Part shown: positions 34,182 to 36,378 of the stretch, one piece after another
Position numbering within the stretch: position 1 is the stretch's first letter
Layout of the letters: each line of letters opens with the position of its first letter
From: a virus
Taxonomy: Duplodnaviria > Caudoviricetes
IMG/VR virus record: IMGVR_UViG_3300039305_000017
Coordinates: 1 to 36,378 of that record
DNA length: 36,378 nucleotides
Direction: 5' to 3' (one strand)
The notes under the pieces: generated by a model
The model's database searches: none
The model's input: the letters and a program-made list of their open reading frames with translations, nothing else
Told to the model about the DNA's origin: nothing
Program-made: the position numbers and the translations under genes

Positions 34182-34409
34182 ATGCCCAATAAGGAGCACA
34201 TGCTGGCACGGCATGAAGCCCACATAGAACGCCTTGAATATGAGCTTGGGCTTTTCACGAATGCCGGGCTTCAAACTGACCCGCCTGAGGCCAAAGAAGA
34301 TCTCGCACAGCACGTAAGGCAGGCCCTAGAAGGCGAGCGGGAAATGGTGGCAATCCTCAAGCGCCTGAAGGGCATTTCCACCACTGCAGTTGATGTCGCG
34401 GAACAGTAG
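34182..34409 (+). CDS. Hypothetical moron protein (75 aa)
   Basis: RBS GAGG; fills the TerL-portal gap on the opposite strand. Confidence 0.65.
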   Translation: MPNKEHMLARHEAHIERLEYELGLFTNAGLQTDPPEAKEDLAQHVRQALEGEREMVAILKRLKGISTTAVDVAEQ

Positions 34410-34418
34410 GTACCGCGC

Positions 34419-35942
34419 TCAGTAGAGCCCCGCCACTGTTGTTGACGTCGTTTGCGATTGCCGATTACCTACCAAGCGTCCGAATGCTCCTGAGGTGGCG
34501 TCTACCTGGTCCTTGAATGCACCGCCAGGAAACAGGCACAGCTCGTCGAGGTAGGCGTCATTCCATTCGCCCTGCACTAGGAAGACGTTCCCGGCCTCGC
34601 ACTGTGACGAGAACGGCTCCGCGCGGGTGATCTTGTCGCCCGTCTCCGGATCAGCCTTCACAACCCAGCCCGCCAGCAGCGACACGAAGTCTTTGACCTG
34701 CACCTTGCCGGCCTGCCCTGGGTCCTGCGGTAGACTGATTACGACATCGGTCCCATCAGTTTCAGCCGTCGTCTTGATGAGCCTGCGGACGGCGTTGCCC
34801 TCGTCCTGAGTGGTGACAACGTGCCCGACTACATACGAGCCGTCTGGAGCCTTCCCGAGCTTCACACCGGCCGTCCTGGCTGCTGTCGTCTTTTTCGTCG
34901 CAGCAAGGTCCCAATGCCTTACCCAGCGGATTCCTGGTGGCGCCTGCCGGATGATCTTGCCCTCAAACCATTGGCGCTTAAACAACCCGCCCTCGCGAGC
35001 TGTAGGACGCTGCTGGTACTGCCCGGCATACCCGTATGAACCCTTCACCACCTTGAGCGCCTCGACAGCCTCGCGGCTGAATCGCTCCGGCAGAAGAAGC
35101 TCGCCGTCGGTCGTTCGCGGATCCACAAAGCCGATACGGGTTGGCTCTGTCGGATCGATCAACCGGCCGCTGCTCTTGTAGGGCCTCGGATCATACTCCA
35201 TCGGCAGGTTGAGATGCACATACGGCAACCGAAGCTTCAAGATCGTACCGGCGACGTCGTTCTCGTGTAGCCTCTGCATGATCACCACGATAGCCGATCG
35301 CTCCAGATCGTTCAGACGGTCGGAGATGGACTCACGGAAGACACGAACGGTGTTGGCGCGCTCCACGTCACTCTCTGCGGTCTCGGTCGAATGCGGGTCG
35401 TCAATGATAACGCGGTCACCGCGACCACCGGTCATCGACGCGAATGGTCTACCCTCACGCCCGCCGGATCGAGTGTTTTCGAACTTCCCCTTCGCGTTCT
35501 GGTCTGATGCCAACTGCACCTCAGGCCACAGGGAGCGATACCACTCGCTCTCGACGAGGCGCCGCATCTTCGTGTTGTCGCGCATCACGTTGTCCTGGGA
35601 GTAGGACGACGTCAGGTAGCGCATGTGTGTCAGGCCAGCCGGACCCCATTCCCACGCTGGCCAGAATACCGAATGAAGCAGCGACTTCATCAGCCCCGGA
35701 GGACAATTGGTCAGAAGCCGTGTGATCTCGCCTCTACTAACCGCCTCGAGGTGATCAGCCATCGCTTGTAACGGCCAGCCCCACACCAAAGGTGCTTTAG
35801 GCTCAAGAATCCGCCATGCCTCACGAACGAAACCAGCCAGGGTTTGGCAGCGCGCCCTGATGCGCTCTGCATCCTGGGCAACCCGTTCCCGCTCCGCTTC
35901 AGCTGTCAGCCTCGCTATCTGCTCCCTCACCTGCCTCAGCAT
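34419..35942 (-). CDS. terL: Terminase large subunit
   Basis: Walker A PPGLMKS, Walker B GGRGDRVIIDDP, MQRLH..D, QYQQ.P, WDLA, FP.G..KDQVDA; likely start ATG 35942. Confidence 0.95.
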   Translation of the reverse strand: MLRQVREQIARLTAEAERERVAQDAERIRARCQTLAGFVREAWRILEPKAPLVWGWPLQAMADHLEAVSRGEITRLLTNCPPGLMKSLLHSVFWPAWEWGPAGLTHMRYLTSSYSQDNVMRDNTKMRRLVESEWYRSLWPEVQLASDQNAKGKFENTRSGGREGRPFASMTGGRGDRVIIDDPHSTETAESDVERANTVRVFRESISDRLNDLERSAIVVIMQRLHENDVAGTILKLRLPYVHLNLPMEYDPRPYKSSGRLIDPTEPTRIGFVDPRTTDGELLLPERFSREAVEALKVVKGSYGYAGQYQQRPTAREGGLFKRQWFEGKIIRQAPPGIRWVRHWDLAATKKTTAARTAGVKLGKAPDGSYVVGHVVTTQDEGNAVRRLIKTTAETDGTDVVISLPQDPGQAGKVQVKDFVSLLAGWVVKADPETGDKITRAEPFSSQCEAGNVFLVQGEWNDAYLDELCLFPGGAFKDQVDATSGAFGRLVGNRQSQTTSTTVAGLY

Positions 35943-36378
35943 CACCGCCGGCGGCGCTGGCAAGTTGAGAGAGAACGTCTTCGAAGGACTTGAGCTGTTC
36001 AAGAGAATACCCTGTCAGATCGATCTTGACCGCACCACCATCGTGACCCTCGAGGCGCTTCTTCTCGACCAGCAGACCGTGGAGCTTTGCCTTGCCCAGC
36101 GTGGCGGCCACAGCAGCGCTAGACTGTCGTTCGGCTATGGCTATGCCCCGCGCCTCTTCCAGCTCGTCTGTGAGGCTCTGTATGGTCACACCAGCCTTTT
36201 CGGCGGCCTTTGTCTGCAACTCTTGCAGACGTGTTAAAATGTGTTGCTCGCGTGCTAGTGCCGCTGCGTTGTGCCGGTTCGCTTTGAACCCAGCCTCGAC
36301 ATATGCCTTCTCAGCCGTCTTGCCTTTCGCCAGTGCCTGGGCGAACTTCTCGTGCCGTGCGTTTTTCAGGACTGGCAT
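35899..36378 (-). CDS. terS: Terminase small subunit
   Basis: LKNARHEKFAQ.LA.G.TA..AY..AGF HTH; AAVAA..GKAKL.GL; overlaps the TerL start. Confidence 0.88.
   Translation of the reverse strand: MPVLKNARHEKFAQALAKGKTAEKAYVEAGFKANRHNAAALAREQHILTRLQELQTKAAEKAGVTIQSLTDELEEARGIAIAERQSSAAVAATLGKAKLHGLLVEKKRLEGHDGGAVKIDLTGYSLEQLKSFEDVLSQLASAAGGDAEAGEGADSEADS

Larger units (their letters stand above)
1..36378. mobile_element. Prophage (siphovirus-type), late region plus accessory end; continues beyond the right edge, left boundary not visible
   Basis: Colinear minus-strand terminase-portal-scaffold-capsid-tail-lysis gene order with interspersed accessory genes. Confidence 0.95.

Overview
The window covers the late (morphogenesis and lysis) half and distal accessory end of a temperate siphovirus-type prophage. 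The host is most likely an alphaproteobacterium (Rhizobiaceae-like), inferred from the GAAC-N7-GAAC LexA box and small rhizobial-type proteins. The structural operon runs on the minus strand from the right edge: TerS, TerL, portal, scaffold, major capsid, head-tail genes, tail tube, a -1 frameshifting tail chaperone pair, tape measure, tail tip genes, a beta-helical tailspike, then endolysin, spanins and holin-like genes. It is interrupted by many accessory genes, mostly on the plus strand. The main hotspot lies between tailspike and endolysin: a ~5.8 kb cassette bounded by 46-bp direct repeats (6555-6600 and 12399-12444, degenerate third copy 12705-12750) that look like decapitated gene starts. 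It carries a DarT/DarG DNA ADP-ribosylation toxin-antitoxin coupled to an XRE regulator, a divergent operon with a ParB-like gene behind a highly structured c4-like RNA leader, and two exported proteins. Also present: a LexA-box-preceded SRAP/nuclease operon at the left end, a candidate sRNA, and a ~3.4 kb host-like insertion (MFS transporter, broken response regulator) that truncates a head-spike-base-like gene. No integrase, att site, tRNA, rRNA or CRISPR array was seen. All family assignments come from motif recognition by eye, not database searches.
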